Made by a program: the position numbers and the translations under genes
The notes under the pieces: model-generated
Told to the model about the DNA's origin: nothing
Databases searched by the model: none
The model's input: the letters and a program-made list of their open reading frames with translations, nothing else
Part shown: positions 39,614-51,915 of the stretch, in pieces
Layout: each line of letters starts with the position of its first letter
Numbering within the stretch: position 1 is the first letter of the stretch
From: Octopus bimaculoides
Lineage: Eukaryota
Assembly (NCBI RefSeq): GCF_001194135.2
Contig: NC_069000.1
Coordinates: 2,546,629-2,610,628, forward strand
Reading direction: 5' to 3'
DNA: 64,000 nucleotides

Positions 39614-39797
39614 ATTTTAGGGGAGGGGGCCAATCGATTAGATCGACCTCAGTACACAGCTGGTACTTAATTTATCGACCCCGAAAAGATGAAAGGCAAC
39701 GCGGACCTCGGCGGAATTTGAACTCGGAACGTAAAGGCCGACAAAATACCTCGAAGTATTTCGCCCGGCGTGCTAACGTTTCTGCCAGCTTGATGCC
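39614..39797 (-). mobile_element. SINE family A, near full length
   Basis: GGTACTTAATTTATCGACCCCGAAAAGATGAAAGGC..CCTCGGCGGAATTTGAACTC..CGGCGTGCTAACGTTTCTGCCAGCT. Confidence 0.92.
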
Positions 39798-40045
39798 CTG
39801 CGTGTGGTGATAATACTGGCGTAATAACTCCCCCAAGCCAATAATAAAAAGAAGTAAAAAAAAAACTACATTCAGTTTGTTCTTAACGATTTAAATTTCA
39901 TTAGTCTACCTAAACACATGGAGCTACTTAATAGAATTCACATCGACTCCGGAAGAAAGGCAAGCACCAGGGAGGACATTATGTAAATTTCTACTATCAG
40001 TGGCCTAGCGTGTAAAAACATTTAGTCGATAGACTATATATTATT

Positions 40046-40253
40046 CATATAAATAGTGTACATTTAAACACATAAGAGGTGTCCATCATAGGATTCCTTA
40101 TTTGCATGGTCCAGGAGATAGATAGTAAATATTTTTATTTTTCATTCCCTAAATAGTTTATCCCTAAATAGTGGTTTGGAGTTTCCTTGTAGCGTGCAAG
40201 GAATCCTATGACGGATACCTCTAATGTGTTTAAGTTTACACTGCATTTATATG
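40046..40253. mobile_element. MITE with about 55-bp terminal inverted repeats
   Basis: Left CATATAAATAGTGTACATTTAAACACATAAGAGGTGTCCATCATAGGATTCCTT; right arm reverse complement CATATAAATGCAGTGTAAACTTAAACACATTAGAGGTATCCGTCATAGGATTCCTT. Confidence 0.88.
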
Positions 40254-42616
40254 CGTAATGGGTGAATAAATAGATGAGCAAATTATGATTTTAGGGCCCT
40301 TTAAATAGTATTGCTAAATCGTTATACTTGGGATTTGATGATTATACTTGGGATTTGATTTATTGAAGTGAAGTTAAATATCGGTGAAGAGGTCGTGGTT
40401 GAACAACGGAAATGATGATACTCGAAATATAATTAAATGATGAATTAATGATAAAACTAAATTTAATATTTCTGTCTTAATGGCTGATAGGATCTTACGA
40501 TGAAGAATTATTAAATGTAATATTAAAATATTACTTTCTATGTTTTGATCATTTATATTTTACTGAAATCTATTATAATTAATCATAAATTATGCTTCTG
40601 TATTGATCTATATCACTTATATTATTCTGCTTGTCATGGATTGTATTCGTATGTAGCATTTCAAAGGGAATCAAGAGGTCTCGCTTCAAAGGGATTCAAA
40701 ACTGAAAATGTTTCCTTTCGAAAAAAGTGAGTTTTCCTTGATGAAAAATGAAGCATTTATATATTACCTGAATACAAACGATAAATGGATCTAATATGTT
40801 TAAATAATTGTTCAAACCCCTCATTATTTATTACGAAATGATAAAGAGATTTAATATATTTTATTAGATATTCAACTCAATCATTTGGAAAAGCATAACG
40901 CTCGATAAGCTGAATTAAATACAAACTTGTCAGTGAGGTCCATTGTTTGTTTTCTTTTTTCAAACTTCCACAGCGATTAAAGATACCTTAATCGAAATCA
41001 AATCTTTATAGTAGCTGGTTGTCAACTAAAGCCGATTATTTAATTCATTATCATATCTGATTATACAGTATGCCAGGAAGCAGGTTTTCTTTATTAATAT
41101 TATTTCAATTCAAACACTGTTACTATTTGGAGCGAAAAAAAAAACTTAATTATCAATTTTGAAACAAAGAAAATGCTTCTGGTTTCACGGAGATAAACAT
41201 ACATAATAAGGTATTTGTGTTTGGTAAACTTGCATCGAAGAACTTGGTCATGATATCAAGTGATACAATTTTTATACAATTACTATGATCGTTGATGCGC
41301 TTCTTGGTGAAACGTAAGTCATCCTAAGTCACTCAACAAATGTACCAGCAGAAAAAATCTTAGTATAAAAATATTACTGGCATCAACATACATGTCCATC
41401 ACCAATCAATGTATGAATGATGAAAGTAGTGTAACTCTTATGTAATCATTTCATATTGAGCATGTTTCTTCAACATGCCCTCTAACCTCGAGTCACTCAA
41501 GATGGCCATTAGAATATAAGTTTTTTGCGTAGTTAGACGGAAAAGAGGTTAGCCTCTATGACCCGTCCTAATAACATCGAAAGCTTTATTTCTTGCGGTC
41601 AAGTAACAATTATTTCAACAGACAATCTGCTCTTCTTCCAAGGAAATTTTACTTTCTCTCCAACGTCTTACATTACAAATACTTGGATGAATCAAATTTT
41701 ACTGTAGAATGGCACTCAGTCTAGATTTCCCGCATATGTATCGAACGTGCAACGACCAGTCACTAGACAGTTAAGCATATATTGGAACTACACGTCTACG
41801 TCTGCGCTAATTGAATATTATTAATTTTCCTTTTGCTTTATCTAGTGAATAATTTCAGTTTTTCTTACTGGGCATATTTCGTTTATAAGGACTGGTTAAT
41901 TAAATGGATTTCTGTAATTACCAAGAAATTTTTCTGTACCAGTTTTCATAGCATTTGCAGCGAAGGTTTTTGTGTTTTTCCTACTTCAAAAATGTTTCAC
42001 AAAATGTTAAATACTTCTTTGTCCGAGCGATTGGCAAATTATATAATTTTTGCTTAATTACCAGGAAACCCTTTTTGTGTACAATTTAATAGCGTTATTT
42101 TGTTTCAACGATTTGAATCTTTGTTGAAACATATCCATCATTTGAATGCTATCTTTCTCATTATGAATGAAATTTTATTTCATCCCTTAAGGTAGGATCT
42201 TGTTCATTCTTCTAACAATTGTAATTTTCATTACATTGTTTTTCTTTCTCATCCTGCTTTAACTTTCATATTCAGAAAATAACTTTCATAATTCTATTGA
42301 ATCCCAGTGTAGCACATTTGTTTGCGGATCCATTTGAAAGAATATCCTCTGGCTGCTCTCTAATTTTCTAACAAGTAGCTTCGGTTTTTATATGCAATAC
42401 GTGGCATAGAATTATGCATATGTGTATATGTGTGCATATATACATACACGCATTTGTGATAAGAATTTGCATCTGTACGTGTGAATGTAATGCCGGTCTA
42501 AGCATATGTAGGGACGTGGTTTTTTCATAATTTTCTAAGTGTCCCTTTGTTTGCAAAATGAAAGTTCCAAAATTAATCAGCAACCGTTAATAGTTCTTCA
42601 TTGTCTCATATTACAG

Positions 42617-42653
42617 ATGAAGTGATATTTATACTTTCTATCTTAATGGGAAG
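42617..42653 (+). CDS. Candidate 37-nt exon (EVIFILSILMG)
   Basis: TTCTTCATTGTCTCATATTACAG| acceptor and AAG|GTATTT donor; only one frame open. Confidence 0.28.
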
Positions 42654-43029
42654 GTATTTATTGTAGGCAACACCAAATGAAGTGTTAAACCTAACCGTTT
42701 ATTTGTGACCAGTGTATGTCGTATGTATTTCCATTTTAATTACAGTTTTGTGAGGGAAACGTCTATTACCAATTTCATGTCTTTTGTAGGGAATTTCCAT
42801 CGAATACTTTTATATGTAACACCTGAAAAAGATTTCCTCTCAATAAAATTGCTTTCTTTTGTAGTGAAGTACCATCACTTATTCATTGCACAGTAGTATG
42901 ATGATAAATGCTTGTATGATAGCTACATGCATTCTCTTGGAGCTTATAACTTTCGCGTTTGCCATAGGATTCATTAAGAAATACTAGTTTGGCACAGATA
43001 AGATTTTAAGTGACATTGCTATTGTAGTA

Positions 43030-43063
<34 letters not shown>

Positions 43064-44360
43064 GGTTACGTTTTCTTCCGACACATTTCTGTTCAGAATA
43101 TTTTCGAAAAGGCTTTCATCAATCGTATAGTTGTCATGGCTTTGATTCATGTGATATGTAAAATGTGTATTTTGTACAAGTTTTAAACATGTCCTTCGTG
43201 TGCTATTAGTAGTACTTCATTTGGGTGGTTATAAATTCTGGAGCACGGTCATGGTATTCAGTGTTGATTAGTGTATATGAAATTACTTTGTATTTCTTAA
43301 TTTATTCAGAACCTTAATCAAAAGATTCTGTCCCCCTCTGCTTACTCTCTTTCACCCCGTTTCTCTTATTTTATGTTTTACGTTCTATAGTCAAGTAAAT
43401 AAGTTTCATAAAATCTTAATGCAATCTGATCAATTTCCCCTTGTCTCACCACATTCATAACTAAAATGCTTGTAATGTAATTCTTATGTATGTATGTATA
43501 AAACCACGTGTATGTGTGTGAATTCATGTTTCCTCTTGAAGTATTTACATGTTAAAATTTATCATTGTTATAAATTCATAATCATCTACTTTATAACTTA
43601 TACCACATGTACATATATTTGTTTATAACAGGCGTGTCTGTATGTATGTTGGTGCAAGTTCATGTATTGTATGTATACTATATGTGACAGTGTGTGTGTG
43701 TTTTTGCTCTTATATCTATATTTACCCGATAAATTAAAGTTGTAATATTATTAATTCTGTTTTGAAGCAAATCGTCCCTGGTTGCAGAAACACTCGAGAT
43801 CGCACCATACAATGAATTATTACTTGTCTTACTCTCCTTATTTATGACTAATGTCTACACTAAATGAATCACAGAAGTTATGTTTCCTGTAAGTTTGATA
43901 TAAACTCCGTTCTCTATTTGTAAGCGTAGACTCATCTCGGGTACCAATGACAATTTAATATCTATTCTGCAGCAGAATTTATATGACTCATAAATATACA
44001 TATACAAGCTTACATTGTGGGTAGGTGTAATGAAGTACTGCTATATACCTATCAGAGTAATGCTTTTAATAAAATATATATCGATTTTCGAATGTCATTA
44101 TAGATACTTAACGCAACAATAGTGAAATAACGGAATTCATCTAATGGAATCGTTCTTCCCTATACGCCACTCTCTCTTTATTACTGACGTGATTTACTTA
44201 TTCACTCATATCAGTTCGGCAAGATGTTGATAGAATCTGTTGAAGCAATGTTGCAGTGTAAGCGCGTTTATCGTGACACATTTCGAATAAAACGTGCATT
44301 AACTCAACTCTACCTGACTGTAAAACCATGTTAATTATACATTGTTCCTCTTTATTACAG

Positions 44361-44383
44361 TTATACGCTGTGCTTTACACTCG
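44361..44383 (+). CDS. Candidate 23-nt micro-exon (YTLCFTL)
   Basis: TTGTTCCTCTTTATTACAG|TTATACGCTGTGCTTTACACTCG|GTATGT. Confidence 0.3.
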
Positions 44384-44516
44384 GTATGTATTTATAGGTC
44401 GGTGGACAATACAAATGCTTGTGAAAATATTTCAGATGTAAGTTCAGAACATTTCAACTCACAAGATGGGAAACATTCTACCAAATAAAGCATCAGCAAA
44501 CTGCATTTAACCAACC

Positions 44517-44985
44517 AGGAGCAGGCGTGGTTGCGTTGTAAGAGGCTTGCTTCCCAAAAATATGTTTCTGGATTCAGTTCCATTACCTGGCACCTTGGGC
44601 AAGTGCTAACTAATATAGCCGCAAGCAAACCAAAGACTTGTCAGTGTATTTGGTAGGAAGAAACTGAATGAAACCCGCCATTAATTACCGGGCCTTAAAC
44701 TAATACATCTGTTTGTTGTTTACGCACCCATCTTCGTCTTTTGATTTTTTTACAAATTCTCTATCTATCTATCTATCTATCTATCTATATATATCTGTGT
44801 TTGTGTCTGCTCCCCCTCACCGCTGGAAAAGTTGTTGGTTTATGCCCCAGTGACTTAGTGTTTCTGCAAAAAACACCGAGAGAATATGTATTGTGGTCGA
44901 TTCATTCGACTAAAATATCTTCAAGGCGGCGTTTCATATGTGTGTGTACGCGTTCGTGTTCACATGCTGTTCCAGTGACTCAATT
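44517..44985 (+). mobile_element. SINE family B, near full length (tRNA head, CORE-like block, internal microsatellite, tail)
   Basis: AGGAGCAGGCGTGG head, GGCACCTTGGGCAAGTG, GAAACTGAATGAAACCCG, internal (TCTA)n, then GGTCGATTCATTCGACTAAAA..AAGGCGG tail. Confidence 0.85.
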
Positions 44986-46048
44986 GGTACTGTGTATTGG
45001 CTTAAACGATGACTAACTTAATCGCATTACGTATTGAAAATATTTATCTCCAAATCCTTGGCTGATTCACAAATCCTGAAACATTTAAGTTATTTGTCAA
45101 AGCACTCCGTTAGTTGGTGGGTTATCTACATTAAATTCAAACTTCTTGGAGCAATTTTCCTGTACTTAGTCGCAGAGAGGTAGAAGAACACAAGAATGCA
45201 GAAAATTAGCAATATCATAGTTGGATTTGACATATCTAGAAATGTCAATGTCCCCTCATTCTTGTATGGAATCAAAAGGTCTGAATTTCTGCATCACTAT
45301 TGTGCCACAAGACACTGTGGTATTATATATTCAATTTGCAACAGTTTCTGGCTGTCTCTCCCCATTCTCTCTCTCCACTTTTCGCCCTCTTTCTCTCTAA
45401 TATGTAATTTCCAAAGTTCGGATGCTTATATGACACGCCACACGTGAATAATTCTACAAAGTGTCGGGAAGTTTACATCGAGTACAGCTGCTCCTTGCAT
45501 TTGTGACCTGCCAGTTTGTAAGATATACCCATGGCGTTTTCCTTGTTTGTTGGTTTCTGTACGATAAGCGCAAGAATTTGCTCGAGATTTGAATTCCATG
45601 TGCATGTACGCATAGCATAGCATAACATGACTGGCCATTACTTTAAAATGAAAATGTTCACTCTTGCAGTTTTCATTTATTTACCTGTAATCATACTCAA
45701 TGCTGTCTTCCCACACCTAAAAGACAAACTATATTTGTTTCTTTTTTTAGCCAAGAAATATTAAAGCACGAATCGCATGCGTGCAATGTAAACATTTTAA
45801 TCAAAATTTGACATCGAAAGTGGAAAATGATACTTTACGCTTCTCATGTTGTTATGTAAAAAAGAAACATTATAGAAATTTTATATAACACTGAGGATAT
45901 ATGAATAGGTTATATAGCGAAACGCAAATGGATAAAATAGGGTCTATAGATTAGAGACGCATCCCCATTTTATAGTTTCAAATATTTAAGTACTCAAAAA
46001 TTCTCAACATTTTCGCTTCCAGGGATTTCAGATAAGGGATTTGCAAGG

Positions 46049-46098
<50 letters not shown>

Positions 46099-47039
46099 AT
46101 GTATGTATATATGTGTATGTATTTGTGAGTGTGTATGCGTGCGCGCTTGAGATAGCGTGCATTCTCCACGCCCACTGTCCGCTATCCACTTCAGTTTACT
46201 ACTAGTTGGTCGCTAATAAGATGCCAAATATGAAAGCCATAAATTCTATGCATATTGTCAACAAACTTAATCGAAAACACTGAAATGATACATCACCCTT
46301 AGTTATGTTGCCAGCCTCATTTTACACTTGCTGACAAAATATACTTATATCTTATACAAACATCAATTATGACGTAGACAAAATACAAAAAAAATATAGC
46401 AATACTAATAATAATAATATAGAAAATGTCTGATTATATGTAGATATATAGTGTTATAAATTTCTCAATTATGTATTAGCATTCACTGCGCAACGTCTCT
46501 GACACATGTCGTTAATCATTTGGAAATAGGAAGGAAAAAAAGATGGCTATAAAAATCTGTCATATCTATCGGTTTCGGATGGATCGATTTTACACAACAT
46601 ACAGCTGTATATAATATATATAAATATANNNNNNNNNNNNNNNNNNNNNNNNNNNNNNNNNNNNNNNNNNNNNNNNNNNNNNNNNNNNNNNNNNNNNNNN
46701 NNNNNNNNNNNNNNNNNNNNNNNNNNNNNNNNNNNNNNNNNNNNNNNNNNNNNNNNNNNNNNNNNNNNNNNNNNNNNNNNNNNNNNNNNNNNNNNNNNNN
46801 NNNNNNNNNNNNNNNNNNNNNNNNNNNNNNNNNNNNNNNNNNNNNNNNNNNNNNNNNNNNNNNNNNNNNNNNNNNNNNNNNNNNNGCTTAGCTGTCCAAA
46901 TCTTCGAATTCTCTCAACAGCATTTTTGTTTTAAGAATAATAAATCTGTACTCAATAAATTTGTACAGTACCTTATCAAATTAATCTAAAATTATTTTCA
47001 TTTTAACTGCAAATAAACACACACACAAACACACACACA

Positions 47040-47086
<47 letters not shown>

Positions 47087-47089
<3 letters not shown>

Positions 47090-47139
47090 TCTGATCAATA
47101 AGTATCCTGATTGTTTTCAAAGAAATGAAGCTAAAGCGT
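47087..47139 (+). mobile_element. Mariner-type MITE terminal fragment
   Basis: CGGTCTGATCAATAAGTATCC resembles mariner-family TIR starts; truncated next to a SINE. Confidence 0.4.
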
Positions 47140-47325
47140 GCTCTACGTTTTCACCACAACTTTGTCTCACTATTTCTTCCTGTATTTCAAAGGACCAGCC
47201 TTGTCACACCCTGCGTCATGCGCTGAATCTTCCCCAGAACCACGTTAAGGGTACACGTGTCTGTGGAGTGCTCAGCCACTTGCACTTTAATTTCGCAAGC
47301 CGGCTGTTTCGTTGATCGGAGTGCC
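47140..47325 (+). mobile_element. SINE family C, 3' half
   Basis: GTATTTCAAAGGACCAGCCTTGTCAC..AAGGGTACACGTGTCTGTGGAGTGCTCAGCCACTTGCAC..GTTGATCGG is the reverse complement of the left halves of 57935-58220 and 63031-63334. Confidence 0.9.
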
Positions 47326-47333
47326 ATAGTATG

Positions 47334-47374
<41 letters not shown>

Positions 47375-47570
47375 TTATTTCTAAGTTCACTTATAATGAA
47401 AATAAAATTTTACACTAGTATGTTGGTTGCTCTATACTTTCATATTCCTAAATAAGAATATCATTCACAATGACTTCGAAGTTTCAGTCGGTTAAGCTAT
47501 CAACAGATTGCGATGGCCGAAACTTCGAGTCAATGTCAAAATATTTTGGGTCAAAAATAACACCCACCCC

Positions 47571-47621
<51 letters not shown>

Positions 47622-48099
47622 ATGTCGAGAAAGAAAAAATTAGGAAACTTATGTATCGTAGTCATAAATACCGTCATATTTTTTGTCAGTGTCGCCGTAA
47701 ACATCATCATTTACAACATTAACATATGTCATCATCATATCATAAACTTTATATTAAAACTTATGTATATAATATAAATCAGATCAATGATACAATATTG
47801 CGTCTCGTAAAGGAAGAAAAACCAGAAACCAACAAACAAAATGCTTCTTTCAAGTGAAAATTCTATCGGTTATCATTTTTGTGGAAGGACAACCGGGAAG
47901 TTAATTAGCAGTAAAACCTAGTGTAACGTATTGCATATAAATTTTATTTGATGTTGTACTCATCTGTTTCCTGTATCGATAATTTACTACTGATTTATTA
48001 CAGTGTATTTTATAAGCCATTCTTGAAACGAAGATGAATTCAGTTCACATTCTCGTATCGAAACTAAATTACGATAATGAAATCGGGCAAAATTATGTA

Positions 48100-48139
<40 letters not shown>

Positions 48140-48142
48140 TAA

Positions 48143-48345
48143 GGCAGTGAGCTGGTTGAATCGTTGACATGCCGGTAAAATGCTCAGCGGCATTTCGTCC
48201 GTTCTCAGTTCAAGTTCCACCGAGGTCGAGATTGCCTTTGATCCTTTTGAGGTCGATAAATTAAGTATTAGTTGCGAACTGGGATCGATCTAGTCGACTG
48301 GCTCCCTCCCACCAAATTTTAGGCTTGGTGCCTATAGTAGAAAGG
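48143..48345 (+). mobile_element. SINE family A, full length
   Basis: GGCAGTGAGCTGG head through GTAGAAAGG tail, preceded by (TAT)n. Confidence 0.93.
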
Positions 48346-48368
48346 ATGATGATTATTATTATTATCAT

Positions 48369-48578
48369 GGCGGTGAGCTGGCAGAATCTTTAACATGCCG
48401 GGAAAAATGCTTAGCGGCATTTCGTCCGCCTTTACGTTCGGAGTTCAAATTCCGCCGACATTTTGTCTTTCATCCTTTCGGGATCAATGAATTAAGTACC
48501 AGTAAAAAAAACTTGGGCCGTTGTAATCGACTAGTCCCTTCCCACTAAATTTCATGTCCTGTTCCATTAGTAGAAGGG
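48369..48578 (+). mobile_element. SINE family A, full length, tandem with the previous copy
   Basis: GGCGGTGAGCTGGCAGAATC head, GAGTTCAAATTCCGCC B-box, tail GTAGAAGGGATTATT. Confidence 0.93.
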
Positions 48579-48582
48579 ATTA

Positions 48583-48870
48583 TTACCTCCGCCTTCGCAA
48601 AGGTGGGGGTGTTGTTTCAGTCGTATTTGTTTGTCCGTGGATAAGATATCTCAAGAACCACTGGAAGGATTCGGATGAAAGTTTTTGGGATGTTTCGCTT
48701 CATGACTGGTAGGAACTGATTCGATCCTAGGATCGATCCAGTACCGGCCAAGGATTCTGGATTGATTTTCTTGTGTTTTTACTTAATTTTTGAGAGCGAT
48801 GGTGGTCATTTATAGTATTCTCGTTTGTGAGAGCAGTCGAGTTTATTTCAGACATTCTCATTTGAAAAAT
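48583..48870 (+). mobile_element. DINE-1/HINE-like (Helentron-associated) non-autonomous element
   Basis: Starts TTACCTCCGCC..AAGG..TGTTTCAGTCGTATTTGTTTGTCCG..GATATCTCAAGAACCACTGG..GGATTCGGATGAAA, the typical architecture of this class; 3' boundary uncertain. Confidence 0.5.
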
Positions 48871-49742
48871 CATCTCTGGCTAATCTTTGAGAGGTTCCAG
48901 CGTTGCCTCAGGTTGTTGGTAATTTGTGCATCTTGTGTTTTTCATGGTGTTACGGACGTTTAGTTCTTGTGTTGGTGTCCGTTTGAAGACTTTTGTGAAC
49001 TGTTTTTGCTGCTTTGTTCCAAGGTAGAAATATTATACCATTCTTCTTTGGGTTGATAGAAAAAGTCCCAGTGAAATATGTTGACGAATATAACCCATGG
49101 CCTAATCAAAATTTCGGGCTTTACTAATAACGATAGGAATAAGTTAGCATATCGTATTCTCTGAAGAAAAAGGATATATAATGGCGTAAGCAAAACTACA
49201 CTGAAAACTGTGTAAGCACCATTTTGAAATTTTAACTAGTTTTCTAAATATTTAATATATTTTTTCTGGTCGAAATTTGCATAATTCTACAGTAATATGA
49301 ATGATGGAGGAATAAATATACACTGGAAATTTACTGCTTTTAATAATGAACTCTACCTGTAAATTACAGCTGTAATTAGTTCCATAGTTACTGATCTTTT
49401 CCCCCTTTTCCGAATTAATTATTCTGGTGTGAAAACAAGTATTGACCGCATTTCTAATCTCATGAGTATTTGAGAGAAATATAGAATTTTTAATTTGTGA
49501 TATAATTCACCGAAAGTATTAAAGTTTGACAAGTCGTCCTTTTGCCGAGATAAAACGTAACATACTATTAAGTGTCAAAAACAGAAAACGAAAATTACAA
49601 AATAATGTCTGCTGAAAAAGTCGGTTATATATTTATATATTACAAAGAAACGCATACGTACATGTGTGCGTGTGTAAGTACATAAATATGTACATATCTT
49701 ATATGTAGTTATATACATACACATATATAATACATATAGATA

Positions 49743-49781
<39 letters not shown>

Positions 49782-49873
49782 GCAATTACATATAATATAT
49801 TATATATATATATATATATATATCGTTACGCAGATATACACACACGTATATATGCAATTTTATAAGCATATGC

Positions 49874-49911
<38 letters not shown>

Positions 49912-49921
49912 NNNNNNNNNN

Positions 49922-49960
<39 letters not shown>

Positions 49961-50565
49961 TAATATATACAGACGTGCTCGCACACATACAAATATACAT
50001 ACATTACGTCTACTTTATGTATATATATTACATAATCATGGATACGTATGTATTAGAATGTACAACAAGGAAATTAACATTCAAAATTTAATAAGTATTT
50101 AGCTGTCTCGTTGAAGATAATGTGATTTATTCGGCGAACAACTGTCAACAAACAAAAACGAAAAGCGTTACATTGAAATTATTTATTTATATTGACTTCT
50201 GACAGACATATTATATACCACACATTTGGTGCAATAGTGAAAACTGCTCACATTCACACTTACATGGACATGTAATTATATGTGGGCTTACATTAGCTAT
50301 CGGCTCACATATATTCAACTTTGCGTAGATGTGAATCGAAATTGTTACAACATAGTGTTAACTTACAAGATCTAGTTAGAGTATGAAAATGTCATTTCAA
50401 TGAGATAGGTTTATGAAGGAAGGTGAATTTTCAGTGCATTTCGGATGTAAATAAACGACTACCCAATGATCAAGTGGATAATCAGTGGAGAGATATTGAT
50501 ACGGGTAGAAATTAGGTCCCTCTTGCAGCAGGAAATTAGATGACTTATTTTAGAAAACATGTCAT

Positions 50566-50640
50566 TGAACCCGTGAATCGAACTTAAATCCTACAAACGC
50601 CGATACACTCGTTTTCGCTACTGTGCTATCAAGGGACCTT
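50566..50640 (-). mobile_element. tRNA-derived SINE head or tRNA pseudogene fragment
   Basis: Minus strand GGTCCCTTGATAGCACAGTAGCG (A-box-like) ... GTTCGATTCACGGG (B-box-like); no intact cloverleaf. Confidence 0.5.
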
Positions 50641-50673
50641 ATTGTTACATCGATAAATACATACATACAGGCA

Positions 50674-50730
<57 letters not shown>

Positions 50731-50894
50731 TTTGGGAAAAGAACCAAGTTTCATGAACTCATCGATGAAAATCCACTGTCACATATAGAAAACTTAAGTA
50801 AAAGCACAAAAATAAGTGTAATTTAATACAAAGTAAATGTCATAAGATAATGATAATAAAATAATAATAATAATCATAGTAACATTAGCAAAAA

Positions 50895-51065
50895 ATACCT
50901 TGGGAATGAAACCCAGGCTTGGGTTCAAAATTCCAGCAGGATACCTGATGAATGCTGGAGAGTAAATCAGCCGAAACGTTGTGGCAACAACAAACCAGGT
51001 GAGGACACATATCCGTCCATTGTAAATAATGTACAGAATTCCTCATCTCTAAAATATAGACCACT
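50895..51065 (+). mobile_element. Penelope-like element terminal (pseudo-LTR) fragment
   Basis: GGGAATGAAACCCAGG..CCTGATGAA..CAGCCGAAACGTTG..AACAACAAA..TGTAAATAATGTA, carrying the hammerhead motif typical of PLE termini. Confidence 0.7.
50940..50985 (+). ncRNA. Minimal type I hammerhead ribozyme motif (PLE type)
   Basis: GATAC-CTGATGA-A-TGCTG-gagagtaaat-CAGCC-GAAA-CG-TT-GTGGC: intact CUGAUGA (50945-50951) and GAAA (50973-50976), GCTG/CAGC stem II, palindromic ACGT stem III, imperfect stem I. Confidence 0.7.
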
Positions 51066-51454
51066 ACTGCACAAAGGTTTTAGACTGTGTCGTATTTTGT
51101 CGCTGAAATTATAGTATTACTACTATCGCGGTTGATATTGGGAAGATGTTCTCCTGAGTAAGTCCATTCGCATACACAAACGTACATAAGATTCTATGTA
51201 CTCACACACAGAAAACCACAGAAAAAGACTCACACACAGAAAACCACAGAGAAAAAGACACGCACACGCGCACATACACAAGGGAGAAAAAAGAGTGAGG
51301 GAAACAGAGAGAGAGAGTTGAATAAGATTGTGTTTATAAAACAGGCAATTACAGAGACAACTGGCGCATAAAAAATTAAATAATGACTGATTGGCTATTT
51401 TCGCCCCCTGACAAGGGACACAATCATCTCACCGGAATTCATCTAGTTATATCT

Positions 51455-51606
51455 CTCTCTTTTCCCCTCTCTCTCTTCCCCTCTCTCTTTTCCCCTCTCT
51501 CTCTTCCCCTCTCTCTCTTCCCCCCTCTCTCTCTTCCCCTCTCTCTCTCTTCCCCTCTCTCTCTCTTCCCCTCTCTCTCTTCCCCTCTCTCTCTTCCCCT
51601 CTCTCT
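51455..51606. repeat. [TTCCCC(TC)n] polypyrimidine/polypurine minisatellite
   Basis: About 10 units of 14-16 bp; the minus strand has repeated GGGG runs. Confidence 0.95.
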
Positions 51607-51635
51607 ATCTATCAATCCGTCCGTCCGGCATCCGC

Positions 51636-51665
<30 letters not shown>

Positions 51666-51667
<2 letters not shown>

Positions 51668-51915
51668 GTCGGTCTGTCTGTCTTTATCTATCTATCTATG
51701 TCGGTCTGTCTGTCTTTATCTATCTATCTATGTCGGTCTGTCTGTCTTTATCTATCTATCTATGTCGGTCTGTCTGTCTTTATCTATCTATCTATGTCGG
51801 TCTGTCTGTCTTTATCTATCTATCTATGTCGGTCTGTCTGTCTTTATCTATCTATCTATGTCGGTCTGTCTGTCTGTATCTATCTATTTCTGTCGGTCTG
51901 TCTGTCTGTGTGTAT
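51666..51915. repeat. 32-bp minisatellite, about 8 copies (ATGTCGGTCTGTCTGTCTTTATCTATCTATCT)
   Basis: ATGTCGGTC recurs at 51666, 51698, 51730, 51762, 51794, 51826 and 51858; a diverged copy follows at 51890. Confidence 0.97.
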
